Shown here piece after piece: positions 1-10,685 of a stretch of DNA of 64,000 nucleotides. Positions within the stretch are counted from its first letter, which is position 1. Each line of letters opens with the position of its first letter. The position numbers were made by a program, and so were the translations under genes. Where the stretch lies: NCBI GenBank assembly GCA_963750165.1, contig CAVVPN010000004.1, positions 64,001-128,000 on the forward strand. The letters are read 5' to 3'. Source of the DNA: an uncultured Gemmataceae bacterium. GTDB taxonomy: Bacteria; Planctomycetota; Planctomycetia; Gemmatales; Gemmataceae. A model generated the notes under the pieces. The model saw nothing but the letters and a program-made list of their open reading frames with translations. It had not been told where the DNA came from and did not search any database.

Positions 1-938
1 GACCGTCAGCCGCTGCCGGAAAAATTGATTGCATTGCGTGACCGACACACACACAGCTTCACGCCGGACTACCTCGACAGCGACCTGCCTGTTTTGCAGC
101 GGCTGGGCGATCAGGTGCGACTGGCGGCGCAGACGTGCGTGCCGGTGCTGTTTGTCGGCGAGACGGGCGCCGGCAAGCAGTGGCTGGCGCGGCTGGTCCA
201 CCAGCAGGCCGGCACGGATCGTCCCTTCGTGGCACTGGACGCGGAACGGCTGCCCACGGCGGTGCTGGCGGCGCTGCTGTTCGGCGAGCCGGGACTGCTG
301 CGCCGCGGCCACGCTGGCACGCTGTACCTGCGCGAGCCGGCGGCGCTGCCGCGCGACCTGCAGGAGCAGCTGAGTCAGTGGCTGCACGCCGGGACGGCCG
401 CCGACGCGCCGCGGCTGCTGGCCGGTTGCCGCGGCGACCCACGCGCCGACGTGGCCGAGGGCCGGTTGCTGGAGGAACTGTACTGCGGCCTGAGCACGCT
501 CACTGTCGCGGTGCCGCCGCTGCGCGACCGGCTCGCGGACCTTGACTGGCTGTGCGAGCGCTTGCTGGAGCGGGCCGCGGACGGCACCGGGGCAGTTCCC
601 ACGGTGTCGCCGGCGGCGCTGGACCTGCTGCGCGGCCACCGCTGGCCGGGCAACCTGCGCGAACTGTTCAACGTCCTGGCGGACGCGGCCGGCCGGGCTG
701 CCGGCCGGGCCATTGAGCCGGGCGATTTGCCGATGTATCTGCGGCCGGCGCCGCCGCCAGTCGAGCGGCGCTGCCGCTGGACCCGATTCTGGAGCAGGTG
801 GAGCGGCGGCTGTTACAGCTGGCGATGGACGCGGCCCGGCAGAACCAGACGCGGGCAGCGGAACTCCTGGCGATCTGGCGGCCGCGGCTATCGCGGCGGC
901 TGAAGGCGCTGGGGCTGGAAGGCAGCGAACCGGGCTGA
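1..938 (+). CDS. Sigma54-interaction-like AAA+ / Fis-HTH transcriptional regulator, degenerate; 5' partial; frameshift near 770
   Basis: Walker A GETGAGK, PPLRDR and WPGNLREL motifs. The Fis-type HTH (LEQVERRLLQLAMDAARQNQTRAAELLAIWRPRL) continues in another frame to TGA at 936-938. The frame is open to the window start. Confidence 0.85.
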
Positions 939-1083
939 TACACGGTCGGGTTGCTGCTGACCGATTGATCGGTTCGCGCTCGTGCTCCAGACACATGCGC
1001 GAACCGTCGGCATAGTCCGTCTTGCACCGCCGCAGTTCCGCGGGTAAAGAACGCCTCCTATCCGAAACACAGGAGGCGGAGTC

Positions 1084-2093
1084 ATGCGCAGGCGCATCCC
1101 GGGCTGGGCGGTGGCGGCAATCCTGGCGAGTCTGGGCATCCTGGGCGGCTGGCCAGCCATCGGGCCGACGCGCGCCGCGCCGAATTGCGCTTCACGCAGA
1201 CGACGTTCGAGGTGGGCGAGGTTCGCACCGGTGTCGTGCTGACGCCGCGCTTCGCCTTCAGCAACGTCGGCACCGCGCCCGTGGAAATCACGGAGGTGCG
1301 CCCCGGCTGCGGCTGTCTGAAACCACGACTGACGCGGCGGACGCTGGCCCCGGGCGAAACCGGACAAATCGACCTGGAAGTGGACACGCGCCGCGAGTCG
1401 GCAGGGCCGCACGTCTGGCAGCTGGGCGTACGCTGGCAGCGCGGCACGGCGGTCGAGGAAACCACTCTGCGTGTGGTCGGCCATGTGGTCACCGAGGTGA
1501 CGGTGCAGCCAGCGACCGTGACGCTGCTCGCAGACGAACCCGGCGACACCGCCGTCGTCGTCACCGACCTGCGGCCGACGCCGCTGAGCGTCCGGGCCGT
1601 GACAACCACGTCACCACGCCTGCAGGCGCTGGCCGGGCCGCCGCGCCAGTCGCCGCTAAAGCATCGGACCTGGAACATCAAGCTGGAAGTGGACGCCGCC
1701 TGTCCGCCGGGCCGGCACGACGAGGTGCTGACCGTCCACACCGACGACCCCGGCTATCCGACGCTGGAAGTGCCCGTCACGGTGGTCAAACGGGCGCCGG
1801 GGCGCGTGCAGGTGCAACCGAAAAGCATCGTGTTCCTGCTGGCCGCGGGGCAGGACAGCCGGCGGTCGGTAGTGCTGAGCGACGGCCAGGGCCAGCCGGT
1901 GGTCGTGGAAAGCGTCAGCGCCGACCACGAGGCGCTGGCGTGCGCGGTGTCGGCGGGGCCGCCGGCGACGGTGACCATCCGCGTGGACGGCGGCAAGCTG
2001 CCGGCAGGCGGCCTCAGCAGCACGGTGCGCGTGCGGCTGAGCGCCCCGGTGCGAGAGACGGTCGTCATTCCGGTGGATTGCGTGGTTGATTGA
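1084..2093 (+). CDS. Secreted DUF1573-domain (Ig-like) protein; frameshift near 1170
   Basis: Signal peptide from ATG 1084 (MRRRIPGWAVAAILASLGILGG), then the DUF1573 signature FSNVGTAPVEITEVRPGCGCL in ORF 1185..2093. Confidence 0.8.
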
Positions 2094-2239
2094 ACTGGGC
2101 CTCTCCGCAGCAGTCCGGGGCGCAGTTCGACCTGCTGTTGCGCCAGGTCCTCCAGGGTTCCAATGCAGTTCAGCCGTAACCGGCCCTGGGAATCCGCGTT
2201 GTGGAAGTCGGCATACACTTTCGGCTTGGGGTTCACCAT
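2090..2239 (-). pseudogene. Truncated small hypothetical protein (MVNPKPKVYADFHNADSQGRLRLNCIGTLEDL...)
   Basis: ATG at 2239 with GAGG upstream. About 45 protein-like codons, then the frame runs antisense into the DUF1573 gene without a nearby stop. Confidence 0.45.
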
Positions 2240-2571
2240 GTCGGCCCTCCGTTCGTCAAGTTTTTGGCGGAGCGCCCAGCCTTGTCCCCCGCCTTGCTTT
2301 GTTTGGACCACACCGCTACAATGCTAACAGCACCAGCTTCTCGGCTCCTTCGCATCATGTAACATCTATCCGGGGCACCAGTTAGGACGGCCCCTGGTGG
2401 AGTGTCAGCGCGAAATCGTTTGGACGAGGCACCCTCTCCCCTTCGTCCACCTGGCGGCTGGGTTGAATCGAACACGGCACTTGGATCCTCTAACCTTTGG
2501 CAATCTCCCTAACGTTGGCGGCCGGCCGCGCGGCTGGCTGTGGAAGAAACACTCAGGCGGAGACGGCTGGA

Positions 2572-5079
2572 ATGTATGAACGTTTTACCGACCGGGCTCG
2601 CAAGGTGATGCAGCTCGCCAACCAGGAGGCGCAGCGCTTCAACCATGAGTACATCGGCACGGAGCACATCCTCCTCGGCCTGGTCAAGGAGGGCTCCGGC
2701 GTCGCCGCGAATGTCCTGAAAAACCTGGACATCGACCTGCGGAAAATTCGTCTGGAGGTCGAAAAAATTGTGCAGGCTGGCCCCGACATGGTGACCATGG
2801 GCAAACTGCCCCAGACACCGCGGGCCAAAAAAGTCATCGAGTATTCCATCGAGGAAGCTCGCAACCTCAACCATAACTACGTGGGCACGGAACACCTCTT
2901 GCTCGGCCTCCTGCGCGAACAGGAAGGCGTGGCGGCTCAGGTCCTGATGAACCTCGGCCTCAAGTTGGAAGACGTGCGGGAAGAAGTTCTTAATCTGCTG
3001 GGGCACAATATGGACTCAGGTGAAAGCGGCGGCGGCGGCGAAAGGACTGCCAACAAGGGCAAATCCAAAACCCCCGCCCTGGACAGCTTCGGGCGTGACC
3101 TCACCGAGTTGGCCCGGCAAGGCAAACTCGACCCGGTCATCGGCCGGCAGAACGAAATCGAACGGGTCATTCAGGTGCTCAGCCGCCGCACCAAGAACAA
3201 CCCGGTGCTGCTCGGCGAGGCCGGCGTCGGCAAGACCGCCATCGTCGAGGGCCTCGCCCAGATGGTCGTGGACTCCAACGTCCCCGAGTTGCTGCGCGAC
3301 CGCCGCATTGTCGTCCTCGACCTGGCCATGATGGTCGCCGGCACCAAGTACCGCGGCCAGTTCGAGGAGCGCATCAAGGCCGTCATGAACGAGGTGCGCC
3401 GCGCCAAGAACACCATTCTGTTCATCGACGAATTGCACACCCTCGTCGGTGCCGGCGGTGCCGAGGGCGCCATCGACGCCAGCAATGTTCTCAAGCCCGC
3501 CCTGGCCCGCGGCGAGATCCAGTGCATCGGCGCGACGACGCTGGACGAGTACCGCAAGTACATCGAGAAGGACGGCGCCCTGGAGCGGCGCTTCCAGCAG
3601 ATCATCGTCAATCCGCCGTCCAAGGAGGAGACAGTCGAAATTCTGCGCGGCCTGCGTGATCGCTACGAGGCGCACCACCGCGTGCAGATCAAGGACGAGG
3701 CGCTGTCGGGGGCGGTCGAGCTGTCGGACCGCTACATCAGCGGCCGCTGCCTGCCGGACAAGGCGATTGACGTGATCGACGAGGCGGGCGCTCGTGTTCG
3801 GCTCAAGGCCATGACGCGGCCGCCGGATCTCAAGGAGATCGATGCCCAGGTGGAGCAGCTCAACCAGGAGAAGGAGGCCGCCGTCGCCGAGCAGGACTTC
3901 GAGAAGGCCGCCCACCTGCGCGATCAGGCCGACAAGCTCAAGAAGAAGAAGGAGCAGATTCAGCGCGAGTGGCGTGAGAAGGCCAAGGAGATCGATGGCG
4001 TCGTTGACGAGGAGGTCATTGCCGAGGTCGTCAGCAAGATGACCGGTGTGCCGCTCAAGCGCATCGGCGACGACGAGACGCAGCGGCTGCTCAAGATGGA
4101 AGACGAACTGCACAGGACCGTCATTAGCCAGCGCGAGGCGGTGTCGGCGATTGCCAAGGCGGTGCGCAAGAGCCGTGCCGGCCTGAAGGATCCGAAGCGG
4201 CCGATTGGCTCGTTCATCTTCGCCGGGCCCACGGGCGTCGGCAAGACGCTGCTGGCCAAGCAGCTCGCCAAGTTCATGTTCGGCGACGAGAATGCCCTGG
4301 TGCAGATCGACATGTCGGAGTACATGGAGAAGCACAACGTCAGCCGGCTCATTGGGGCGCCGCCGGGCTACATCGGCTACGAGGAGGGCGGCCAGTTGAC
4401 GGAGAAGATTCGCCGCCGGCCGTACAGCGTGGTGCTGCTCGACGAGATCGAGAAGGCGCACCCCGATGTGTGGAACATGCTGCTGCAGATCATGGAAGAA
4501 GGCCGGCTGACCGACAATGTCGGCCGGATCATCGACTTCAAGAACACGATCCTGATCATGACGACGAACATCGGGGCGTCGGAGATCACGGGCAAGACGC
4601 ACTTCGGCTTCAGCAAGAAGGACGACACGACCAACTACCTGAAGATGAAGGAGACGCTGAAGCAGGCGATGGAGGCCAATTTCCGGCCCGAGTTCCTGAA
4701 CCGCGTCGATGACATCATCGTCTTCCGCAGCCTGATGACCGAGGACCTCAAGCAGATCATCGGCATCGAGCTGTCGAAGGTTATCAAGCGGCTCAAGGAT
4801 AAGAATCTGACGCTGGTGATGACCGATGAGGCCAAGGAACTGCTGATCGAGAAGGGCACCAACACCGAGTACGGTGCGCGGCCGCTGCGCCGGGCGATCG
4901 AGCACTACCTCGAAGATCCGCTCTCGGAGGACCTGCTCCGCGGCGCGTTCAGCGGCAAGGACACCATCACGGTGCGTGTCGGCCCGAATGAGACGGGCGA
5001 GAAGAGGTTGACCTTCGAGGCGACGCAGGGTGGCGGCGTCCCGACGCCGGACCTGGCCACCGCCATCAAGGCGGACTGA
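2572..5079 (+). CDS. clpC: ATP-dependent Clp protease ATP-binding subunit ClpC
   Basis: [13 protein letters not shown] start, two Clp-N repeats, Walker A GEAGVGKT and [11 protein letters not shown] coiled coil, GARPLRR. Confidence 0.97.
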   Translation: MYERFTDRARKVMQLANQEAQRFNHEYIGTEHILLGLVKEGSGVAANVLKNLDIDLRKIRLEVEKIVQAGPDMVTMGKLPQTPRAKKVIEYSIEEARNLNHNYVGTEHLLLGLLREQEGVAAQVLMNLGLKLEDVREEVLNLLGHNMDSGESGGGGERTANKGKSKTPALDSFGRDLTELARQGKLDPVIGRQNEIERVIQVLSRRTKNNPVLLGEAGVGKTAIVEGLAQMVVDSNVPELLRDRRIVVLDLAMMVAGTKYRGQFEERIKAVMNEVRRAKNTILFIDELHTLVGAGGAEGAIDASNVLKPALARGEIQCIGATTLDEYRKYIEKDGALERRFQQIIVNPPSKEETVEILRGLRDRYEAHHRVQIKDEALSGAVELSDRYISGRCLPDKAIDVIDEAGARVRLKAMTRPPDLKEIDAQVEQLNQEKEAAVAEQDFEKAAHLRDQADKLKKKKEQIQREWREKAKEIDGVVDEEVIAEVVSKMTGVPLKRIGDDETQRLLKMEDELHRTVISQREAVSAIAKAVRKSRAGLKDPKRPIGSFIFAGPTGVGKTLLAKQLAKFMFGDENALVQIDMSEYMEKHNVSRLIGAPPGYIGYEEGGQLTEKIRRRPYSVVLLDEIEKAHPDVWNMLLQIMEEGRLTDNVGRIIDFKNTILIMTTNIGASEITGKTHFGFSKKDDTTNYLKMKETLKQAMEANFRPEFLNRVDDIIVFRSLMTEDLKQIIGIELSKVIKRLKDKNLTLVMTDEAKELLIEKGTNTEYGARPLRRAIEHYLEDPLSEDLLRGAFSGKDTITVRVGPNETGEKRLTFEATQGGGVPTPDLATAIKAD

Positions 5080-5096
5080 GCGGTTCGTTCGGATAG

Positions 5097-5141
5097 ATTC
5101 ACCACAGAGAACGCGGAGCGTTCTCTGTGGTGAATTTTTTT
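5097..5141 (+). terminator. Intrinsic terminator hairpin after clpC
   Basis: ATTCACCACAGAGAACGC-GGA-GCGTTCTCTGTGGTGAAT, a perfect 18-bp stem followed by a T run, between convergent genes. Confidence 0.8.
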
Positions 5142-5872
5142 CACCGAGTTAGTTCCCCGAGGTCGGCATGGGCGCGGCCTTGGCGGTGGTGCGCGCCGCG
5201 GCCGACAGCGCCTCGACCGCGGCCAGGCGCTCGACTCAGCGTCTGCACGCGCGTCAGCAGCTCGCGCCGCTCGTCGTCGAAGGATTTGCGCTGCTCGTCG
5301 ATCTTACGCTGCAGTTCGCGGCGGTCGTCGTCGCAGGACTTGCGCTGCTCGTCGATCTTACGCTGCAGGTCCGTCCGGTCGGTCTGGATGGCCTGGCGCT
5401 GCTCGGTCAGCGTCTGCTTGATGTTCGTGCGATCCTCCTCAAAGTTCCTGGCGACGTGGTTCACCTGCTGGTCGAGCACCTTGACGCGGTCGCCGACGGT
5501 GCTGAGCGCGCCGGTGGTGTTCTGCATCTCCTTGATGGCGGCCCACTGCGCGGTGGACCGGCTGGTGAGGTCGTCCTTGCGGGCGAACTCGGCGCGTTTC
5601 TCGATCTCCGTGTTGAGGTCGCGGCGCAGGTCGCTGATTGAACCGGACATGCTGCTGTAAACGGTCATGATGACCAGGGCGCCGATGCTCAGCAGGGTGC
5701 CGCCGAAGACACGCCAGAAAACGGAAATTTTCTCCTCGCCCCTGGCCTCCCTGGCGGGAGCCTCGTCCTTGGGGGCGCTGACACTGCGCAGCGTCTCGGC
5801 GACAACGAAGCTGTTGCAGCTGGGCGAACCGTCACCCTCCCTGTCCTCGTACTCGGGCCGATCCTTGGCCAT
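5141..5872 (-). CDS. Single-TM coiled-coil hypothetical protein; probable frameshift near the C-terminus
   Basis: TM segment ISVFWRVFGGTLLSIGALVIMTVY and a tandem 18-aa repeat LQRKIDEQRKS(C/F)DD(D/E)RRE. An alternative frame ERLAAVEALS...SGN* gives a more coiled-coil-like ending near 5149. Confidence 0.7.
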   Translation of the reverse strand: MAKDRPEYEDREGDGSPSCNSFVVAETLRSVSAPKDEAPAREARGEEKISVFWRVFGGTLLSIGALVIMTVYSSMSGSISDLRRDLNTEIEKRAEFARKDDLTSRSTAQWAAIKEMQNTTGALSTVGDRVKVLDQQVNHVARNFEEDRTNIKQTLTEQRQAIQTDRTDLQRKIDEQRKSCDDDRRELQRKIDEQRKSFDDERRELLTRVQTLSRAPGRGRGAVGRGAHHRQGRAHADLGELTR

Positions 5873-6040
5873 GACGTGCCTCCTTTCCATCCCCCACCAG
5901 GAAGCCCGGTTCCGTGTGCGGGATAGCGCCTGGGGCGGGGTTGACTGCGGGAAACCAACCGCACAGCACGGCGCTCAAGCCGGGCCGTGCGGTGGAGGGC
6001 TATAACGCGGCCGCGCCCGAATTACAAGGCCAGAACGCTC

Positions 6041-6069
6041 TTGACTCCAGCAATCATTATCGCTATGGT
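6041..6069 (+). promoter_or_regulatory. Putative sigma70-type promoter
   Basis: TTGACT-N17-TATGGT upstream of the 6178 ORF. Confidence 0.45.
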
Positions 6070-6177
6070 CCCGGCCCGTGCAATCGAGATGGTCCTGGGT
6101 GATTTCAACATTCACGCCGCGCCGGCCGGGGCTCAGGGGGAGCCCGCGGTTTGCCCGCAAGGGGGAGGAATCCTTAG

Positions 6178-7845
6178 ATGTCCGCGAAACGTCTATCCGC
6201 CAGCGCCCTGCGGCGGGCGCTGGCCGTGGGCCGAACCGCCCGCCGCCGCCTGGCCCTGCTCGCGCTGGCCGCTGCGCTGGCGGCGCCACTGGCCGCCGCC
6301 GCCCAGCCGCCGCCGTTCAGCCCGGCGCCGCCCGCGCCGACCAAGTTCTACTGGAACAAGAAGAGCTTCTCCTTGCCGGTCCAAATCGATGACCGCAACC
6401 GTGCCAATTTGGCCGAGGTGCAGCTGTACGTCAAGGATCACCCGACGCATCCCTGGGTGTGCTGCGAGAAGGGGCGGCCGAGTCAGAACGCCTTCAGCTT
6501 CCGGCCGTTGCAGGACGGCGAATACTGGTTCGTGGTCGTCACCGTGGACAAGCAGGGTCGCGCGACGCCGCCGGACCTGAACGCGCCGGGCGTCAGCATC
6601 ATGGTGGTCGTCATCGACACGCGGGCGCCGCAGATCGAACTGCTGCCGCAGGCGCCGGTCGGCGCCGGCCAGGTGGTCGAGTGCAAGGTCATCGACGCCA
6701 ACCCCGATCCGTCCAAGACGCACTTCGAGTACCAGACCTGGGACAGGAAGTGGCGGGCCGCCGAGCCGGTCGCCGACAGGCAGGAGTTGTACCTGATCCC
6801 GTCGCAAGCGCGGACCACCGGCCTGGTGCGCGTCACCGTCTGCGACCTGGCCAAGAACCCGAACGTGCGCGAGGCCAACCTCGCCAGCACCACGGTGCCC
6901 CTGGTCCACAACGCCGCCGCCCCGATGCCGCCGGCGTTGCGAACCGGCAACGGTACGCCGCCGCTGGTCTACAACCTTCCCACGCCACCGGTCGCCCTGG
7001 AACACTCGGGCTCGTCGGCACCGGGCAAGGCGCCGGAGGCGCCCGTGGCGGTCAACCCGCAGGCCCCGAGCGGCCCGCCGCTGCTGCCGAACATCGGCGA
7101 GGCGCACGTCGCCGCGTCGCCGGGCGTCGTGACGACGGGCCACACGGAGCCGGCACCGGCGGTGAAGGCGCTGGGCGGTTCGGTGACGACGCCGAACTGC
7201 AAGGCGCCGGGCGCGTGCCATCTGGTCGGCCACTCGCGGCTGGCGCTGGAGTACCAGGTCGAGAACGTGGGCCCGAGCGGCATCGGCAAGGTGGAGGTGT
7301 ACATCACCAACGACCGGGGCCGGAGCTGGCAGCGGTTGTGCGAGGATGCGGATCGCAAAAGCCCGGTGGAGATCGAGTTGACGGGCGAGGGCCTGTTCGG
7401 CGTCAGCCTGGTGGTGAGCAACGGTCGCGGCGTCGGCGATGGGCCGCCGCGCTCCGGCGACACGCCGGACTGGTGGATCGAGGTCGATAAGACGCGACCG
7501 GCGGCGACCCTGACGAGCGTGCAGGCGGGCGGCGACGGCAAGGCAGTGGCCATTCAGTGGGAGGCTCGCGACAAGAACCTGGGCGAGCGGCCGGTGGACC
7601 TGTACTTCGCCGCGAGCCTGCAGGGCCCCTGGACGCCGATCGTCCGGGGCCTCAAGAACGACGGCTCTTACAACTGGTGCTTGCCGCCGCAGGTGAGCGG
7701 CCAGGTGTACGTGCAGCTGGTGGTCACCGACCAGGCGGGCAACATCTGCCAGTGTGAAACGCCGACGCCGGTGATGCTCGACGACCAGACGCGGCCGCGA
7801 GCCCACGTCATCAACGTGGTGCAGCCGACGCCGCACGGGAACTGA
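6178..7845 (+). CDS. Secreted hypothetical protein with two beta-rich regions and a Pro-rich linker
   Basis: Signal peptide, beta-strand-rich N and C regions (VQLYV...W, VEVYITNDRGRSW) and a long P/A-rich linker. Codon usage fits the + frame. Confidence 0.75.
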   Translation: MSAKRLSASALRRALAVGRTARRRLALLALAAALAAPLAAAAQPPPFSPAPPAPTKFYWNKKSFSLPVQIDDRNRANLAEVQLYVKDHPTHPWVCCEKGRPSQNAFSFRPLQDGEYWFVVVTVDKQGRATPPDLNAPGVSIMVVVIDTRAPQIELLPQAPVGAGQVVECKVIDANPDPSKTHFEYQTWDRKWRAAEPVADRQELYLIPSQARTTGLVRVTVCDLAKNPNVREANLASTTVPLVHNAAAPMPPALRTGNGTPPLVYNLPTPPVALEHSGSSAPGKAPEAPVAVNPQAPSGPPLLPNIGEAHVAASPGVVTTGHTEPAPAVKALGGSVTTPNCKAPGACHLVGHSRLALEYQVENVGPSGIGKVEVYITNDRGRSWQRLCEDADRKSPVEIELTGEGLFGVSLVVSNGRGVGDGPPRSGDTPDWWIEVDKTRPAATLTSVQAGGDGKAVAIQWEARDKNLGERPVDLYFAASLQGPWTPIVRGLKNDGSYNWCLPPQVSGQVYVQLVVTDQAGNICQCETPTPVMLDDQTRPRAHVINVVQPTPHGN

Positions 7846-7914
7846 GACAGAATCCGCAGGATGCGTGCGCCGCACCGGTCAACCCGACGCAGCGCACGCA
7901 CCCTGCCGGCCAGG

Positions 7915-8084
7915 TCACAGAAGTTTGCGAAATGCGTCGTTCGTCAGTCCCGCGTCCCGAACAATGTTACCCATGGTGATCGCGTTGACCGGGTTGTGCC
8001 TTGGAATGGTCACCACCCGATTTCCGTCCGTCATCACGATGGGTTTTCCCTGGCGGAGTGGTTGACGCCCGGCAATTTGGGCAT
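7915..8084 (-). pseudogene. hicA: HicA-family toxin with an internal deletion/frameshift
   Basis: ATG 8084 gives MPKLPGVNH. Out of frame follows RQGKPIVMTDGNRVVTIPRHNPVNAITMGNIVRDAGLT, a HicA C-terminal part. The first helix is missing. Confidence 0.75.
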
Positions 8085-8086
8085 GA

Positions 8087-8282
8087 TTAAACTTCGACTT
8101 CTGCTTCACGGCCTGTCCCGCCCCGCGCTAGCTCCGCGGTGACTTCGGTATTCGCGGATGGCGTCGGTGATATTCTCCAGCGCTTCCTGTTCGGTAGCCC
8201 CCTGCGAATGGCAGCCGGGCAACCCGGGAACGGAGACGGCGAACCCCTCGTCGGACTCTTCCAGGATGACCTTGTATTTCAT
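8087..8282 (-). CDS. hicB: HicB-family antitoxin (short); probable frameshift near 8148
   Basis: MKYKVILEESDEGFAVSVPGLPGCHSQGATEQEALENITDAIREY with a GGAGG RBS. The in-frame stop is at 8106; the shifted frame ends ...REAEVEV* at 8087. Confidence 0.85.
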
Positions 8283-8322
8283 AACACCTCCCGCAACGGA
8301 TCGTTTGCTTCATTCTCCAGTG

Positions 8323-9864
8323 TCACGAGTTTTCTATCAACTCCGACAACACCCAGTGCTGCCAGTCCGCGGTCGGCCGCGCCCGGCCCTCGCGTTGCAA
8401 CTTCAGCAGCCCCGCCTGCGTCTGCAGCCGGGCGAAGCGCATCACTTCTTGCGGCAAACCACGGTACAACTCCGCCGTCAACTCGTCCAGCTCGCGCGGC
8501 CGCGCCGCCAGCGCCGCCAGCAACTGCTCCTCGCGCTTGCGGCGGTGCTCCACGCACTCCGTCAGCGTCGCCGCCGGCCGCGAACTCACGTTGCCGTGCC
8601 CCGGCAGCAGCAGCCGACAGTCGAACGTCTGCAACCGCCGCAGCGATTCCAGGTACTGCGTCAAATCCCCCTCCGGCGGCGCAATCACCACCGACGACAA
8701 CGTGGACACCATGTCGCCGGCGAACAGCAGTCGGTACGTCGCCTCGTAAAATGCCAGGTGACCCGCGGCGTGGCCCGGCGTGTGGACCGCCTCCAACTCC
8801 CAGGTGCCGACGCCGGAGGGGTGCGCGCCGAGCGGCAACCGTTGACCGTCTTCCAGGAAGCGGGTCACGTTGACCTTGCCGCGCAGCGCGGCGGCGGTCA
8901 GCGGGTGGGCGAACACGGGAACACGATAGCGCTCGGCACACGCCGCCGCCGCGCCGACGTGGTCGGGGTGCTGATGCGTCAGCACGACGCCCGCCAGGCG
9001 CTGCCCCAGGTCGCGCTCCGCGTCGAGCACGTCGAATAAGCACTCCTGTTCCCCTGGATCAATCGGGCCGGGGTCGAGCAGGTACGCGGGGTCGTGGCCG
9101 ACCAGATAGGCGTTGGTGTGCGTGCCCGGCGCCAGGGCCTGCGTGCGCAGCGGGATGAGCCGCACCTGCGGCGCGAAGAAGATGGGGTGCATGTCCCCGC
9201 TGGCCAACCGCTCCAGCAGCGGGCCGAGCCGGGCGGGCGCCTCGTCGGCGGCGCGGCCGCGAATCGACTCCAGCGTCATCACCGTCGGCGGCGACACCAG
9301 GCAGTCGCCGCGCTCCCAGCGCCGCAGCATGGCGTCGGCGCTGAGCCATTCCGCCTGGTCGAGTTCGCCGGGGATCAGGTGCGCGTCCTGGCCGGGCGGC
9401 AGGTGGGCGACGAAGAACGTCGTGTCGAAGCGCACCGGAGCGAAGGCGGGGGTGGTGACGTGGCCGATCAGCCGCAGGTCCGCGGCGTGCAGCGTGACGC
9501 CCAACTGGCGCAGCACGTCGGCGTAGGCCACGCGCTCGGCCAGCAGTTCGCCGCGCAGTGCTTCCAGTTCGGGGCCGGGCGGCGCGGCGGAGCCGTCGGG
9601 CCGGCGGCCGAGATGTACGCCGGTCTCCTCAAACAGTTCGCGGGCGGCGGCGACGCGGCGGAACGCGAGCCCGTCGGCAATGATTTCGGAGTCAATGTCC
9701 CAGACGAGCGGCACCGCGGCGTCGCTCGCGTGGACCTTGCCGCCGGGGAAGGCCCAGAAACCGCCGAAGAAACGCAACTCCGCGGCCCGGCGGACCAGCA
9801 GCACGTCCGGCGAATCCGGCCCGCGCGTCAGCAGCACACTGGCGGCCTCGGCGATGGCACTCAC
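8323..9864 (-). CDS. NUDIX hydrolase - MBL-fold metallo-hydrolase (LACTB2-like) fusion
   Basis: Nudix box FPGGKV...AAARELFEETGV, MBL motif THQHPDHVG, HTPGH, AGD, PGHG and a C-terminal winged-helix-like tail. The GTG start overlaps the upstream stop. Confidence 0.88.
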   Translation of the reverse strand: MSAIAEAASVLLTRGPDSPDVLLVRRAAELRFFGGFWAFPGGKVHASDAAVPLVWDIDSEIIADGLAFRRVAAARELFEETGVHLGRRPDGSAAPPGPELEALRGELLAERVAYADVLRQLGVTLHAADLRLIGHVTTPAFAPVRFDTTFFVAHLPPGQDAHLIPGELDQAEWLSADAMLRRWERGDCLVSPPTVMTLESIRGRAADEAPARLGPLLERLASGDMHPIFFAPQVRLIPLRTQALAPGTHTNAYLVGHDPAYLLDPGPIDPGEQECLFDVLDAERDLGQRLAGVVLTHQHPDHVGAAAACAERYRVPVFAHPLTAAALRGKVNVTRFLEDGQRLPLGAHPSGVGTWELEAVHTPGHAAGHLAFYEATYRLLFAGDMVSTLSSVVIAPPEGDLTQYLESLRRLQTFDCRLLLPGHGNVSSRPAATLTECVEHRRKREEQLLAALAARPRELDELTAELYRGLPQEVMRFARLQTQAGLLKLQREGRARPTADWQHWVLSELIENS

Positions 9865-10304
9865 GATTTGTCGTCCGCGCCGCCGGCCTTCTTCGGGGCG
9901 GGCTTTTTGGCGTCCGCGGCGTCCTCTTTCTTGTCGCCGGCCAGGCCGCGATGCACCGCCTCCATGAGCTTTTCCATGGCGAACGGCTTGCGGATGTACT
10001 CGACGACACCGAGGTATTCGGCGTAGGCCTTGTGGCGGCTGCCCTCGTTGGCGGTAATCATGATGATGGGCGGTGCCTCGGGCTTGTCGCGGAAGTGCTC
10101 CAGGACGGGATAGCCGCCCATGCGCGGCATCATCATGTCGAGGATGACCAGATCGGGCTGATGCTGATAGATCATCTGCTTGCCGTGCTGGCCGTCGCGC
10201 GCCTGCAGGACGCGGAAGCCCTGCCGCTCCAGCATGGTGCGCAGCCCGTCGCTCAACTCCATGTCGTCGTCCACCACCAGAATCGTCTTGTTTGCCTCGG
10301 CCAT
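9861..10304 (-). CDS. Single-domain response regulator receiver
   Basis: ILVVDDD, LDMMMPRMGG, IIMITA and KPF motifs. Confidence 0.93.
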   Translation of the reverse strand: MAEANKTILVVDDDMELSDGLRTMLERQGFRVLQARDGQHGKQMIYQHQPDLVILDMMMPRMGGYPVLEHFRDKPEAPPIIMITANEGSRHKAYAEYLGVVEYIRKPFAMEKLMEAVHRGLAGDKKEDAADAKKPAPKKAGGADDKS

Positions 10305-10470
10305 GTTCAGGGCCCTCTTGCTGGTGAAAAATCTTCAATGGTTTCAGAGTAACAGGCGAAGGCGGTCGCGACAAGTTGACGGCACCACTCCGACCGCGCA
10401 GCCGTGTCTGAGCACCAGAACCGGGTTGCCTGGATGGCCCCGGGAGTCGCCCGCTGGCTGCGGTTGTCAG

Positions 10471-10621
10471 AGCAAGGGGGCCAAGGAGGCCAAGGGGGCC
10501 AACTTTTTCATACGTCGAGATTTGGCGCCCTGGCAGCGTGCGGCTGGCACGGCGCGACCACCACCGGCGGCGGTTGCCACAGCAAGGACGCCAAGGACGC
10601 CAACTTTTTCATACGTCGAGA
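10471..10621. repeat. Intergenic direct repeat, 2 copies
   Basis: Exact 23-mer GCCAACTTTTTCATACGTCGAGA at 10498-10520 and 10599-10621, each preceded by short CAAGGnnGC units. Confidence 0.85.
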
Positions 10622-10685
10622 ATCGGCACCTTGCCCGACCTTGCAGGGCCGTTCGCTGTTTCCTGCTGCGGTCGGAGGCCGCTTT

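Noticed and set aside
3016..4905. 629-aa antisense ORF over clpC, and similar long shadow ORFs (6193..7875, 28790..30424, 44933..46558, 52569..54017, 58357..60393)
   Set aside because: Expected in high-GC DNA opposite real genes; no recognisable motifs.
9865..10374. N-terminal extension of the 683-aa NUDIX-MBL ORF
   Set aside because: It overlaps the response regulator in another frame; the real start is likely the GTG at 9864.
10498..10621. Two 23-bp direct repeats as a mini CRISPR array
   Set aside because: Only two copies, a 78-bp spacer and no cas genes in the window.
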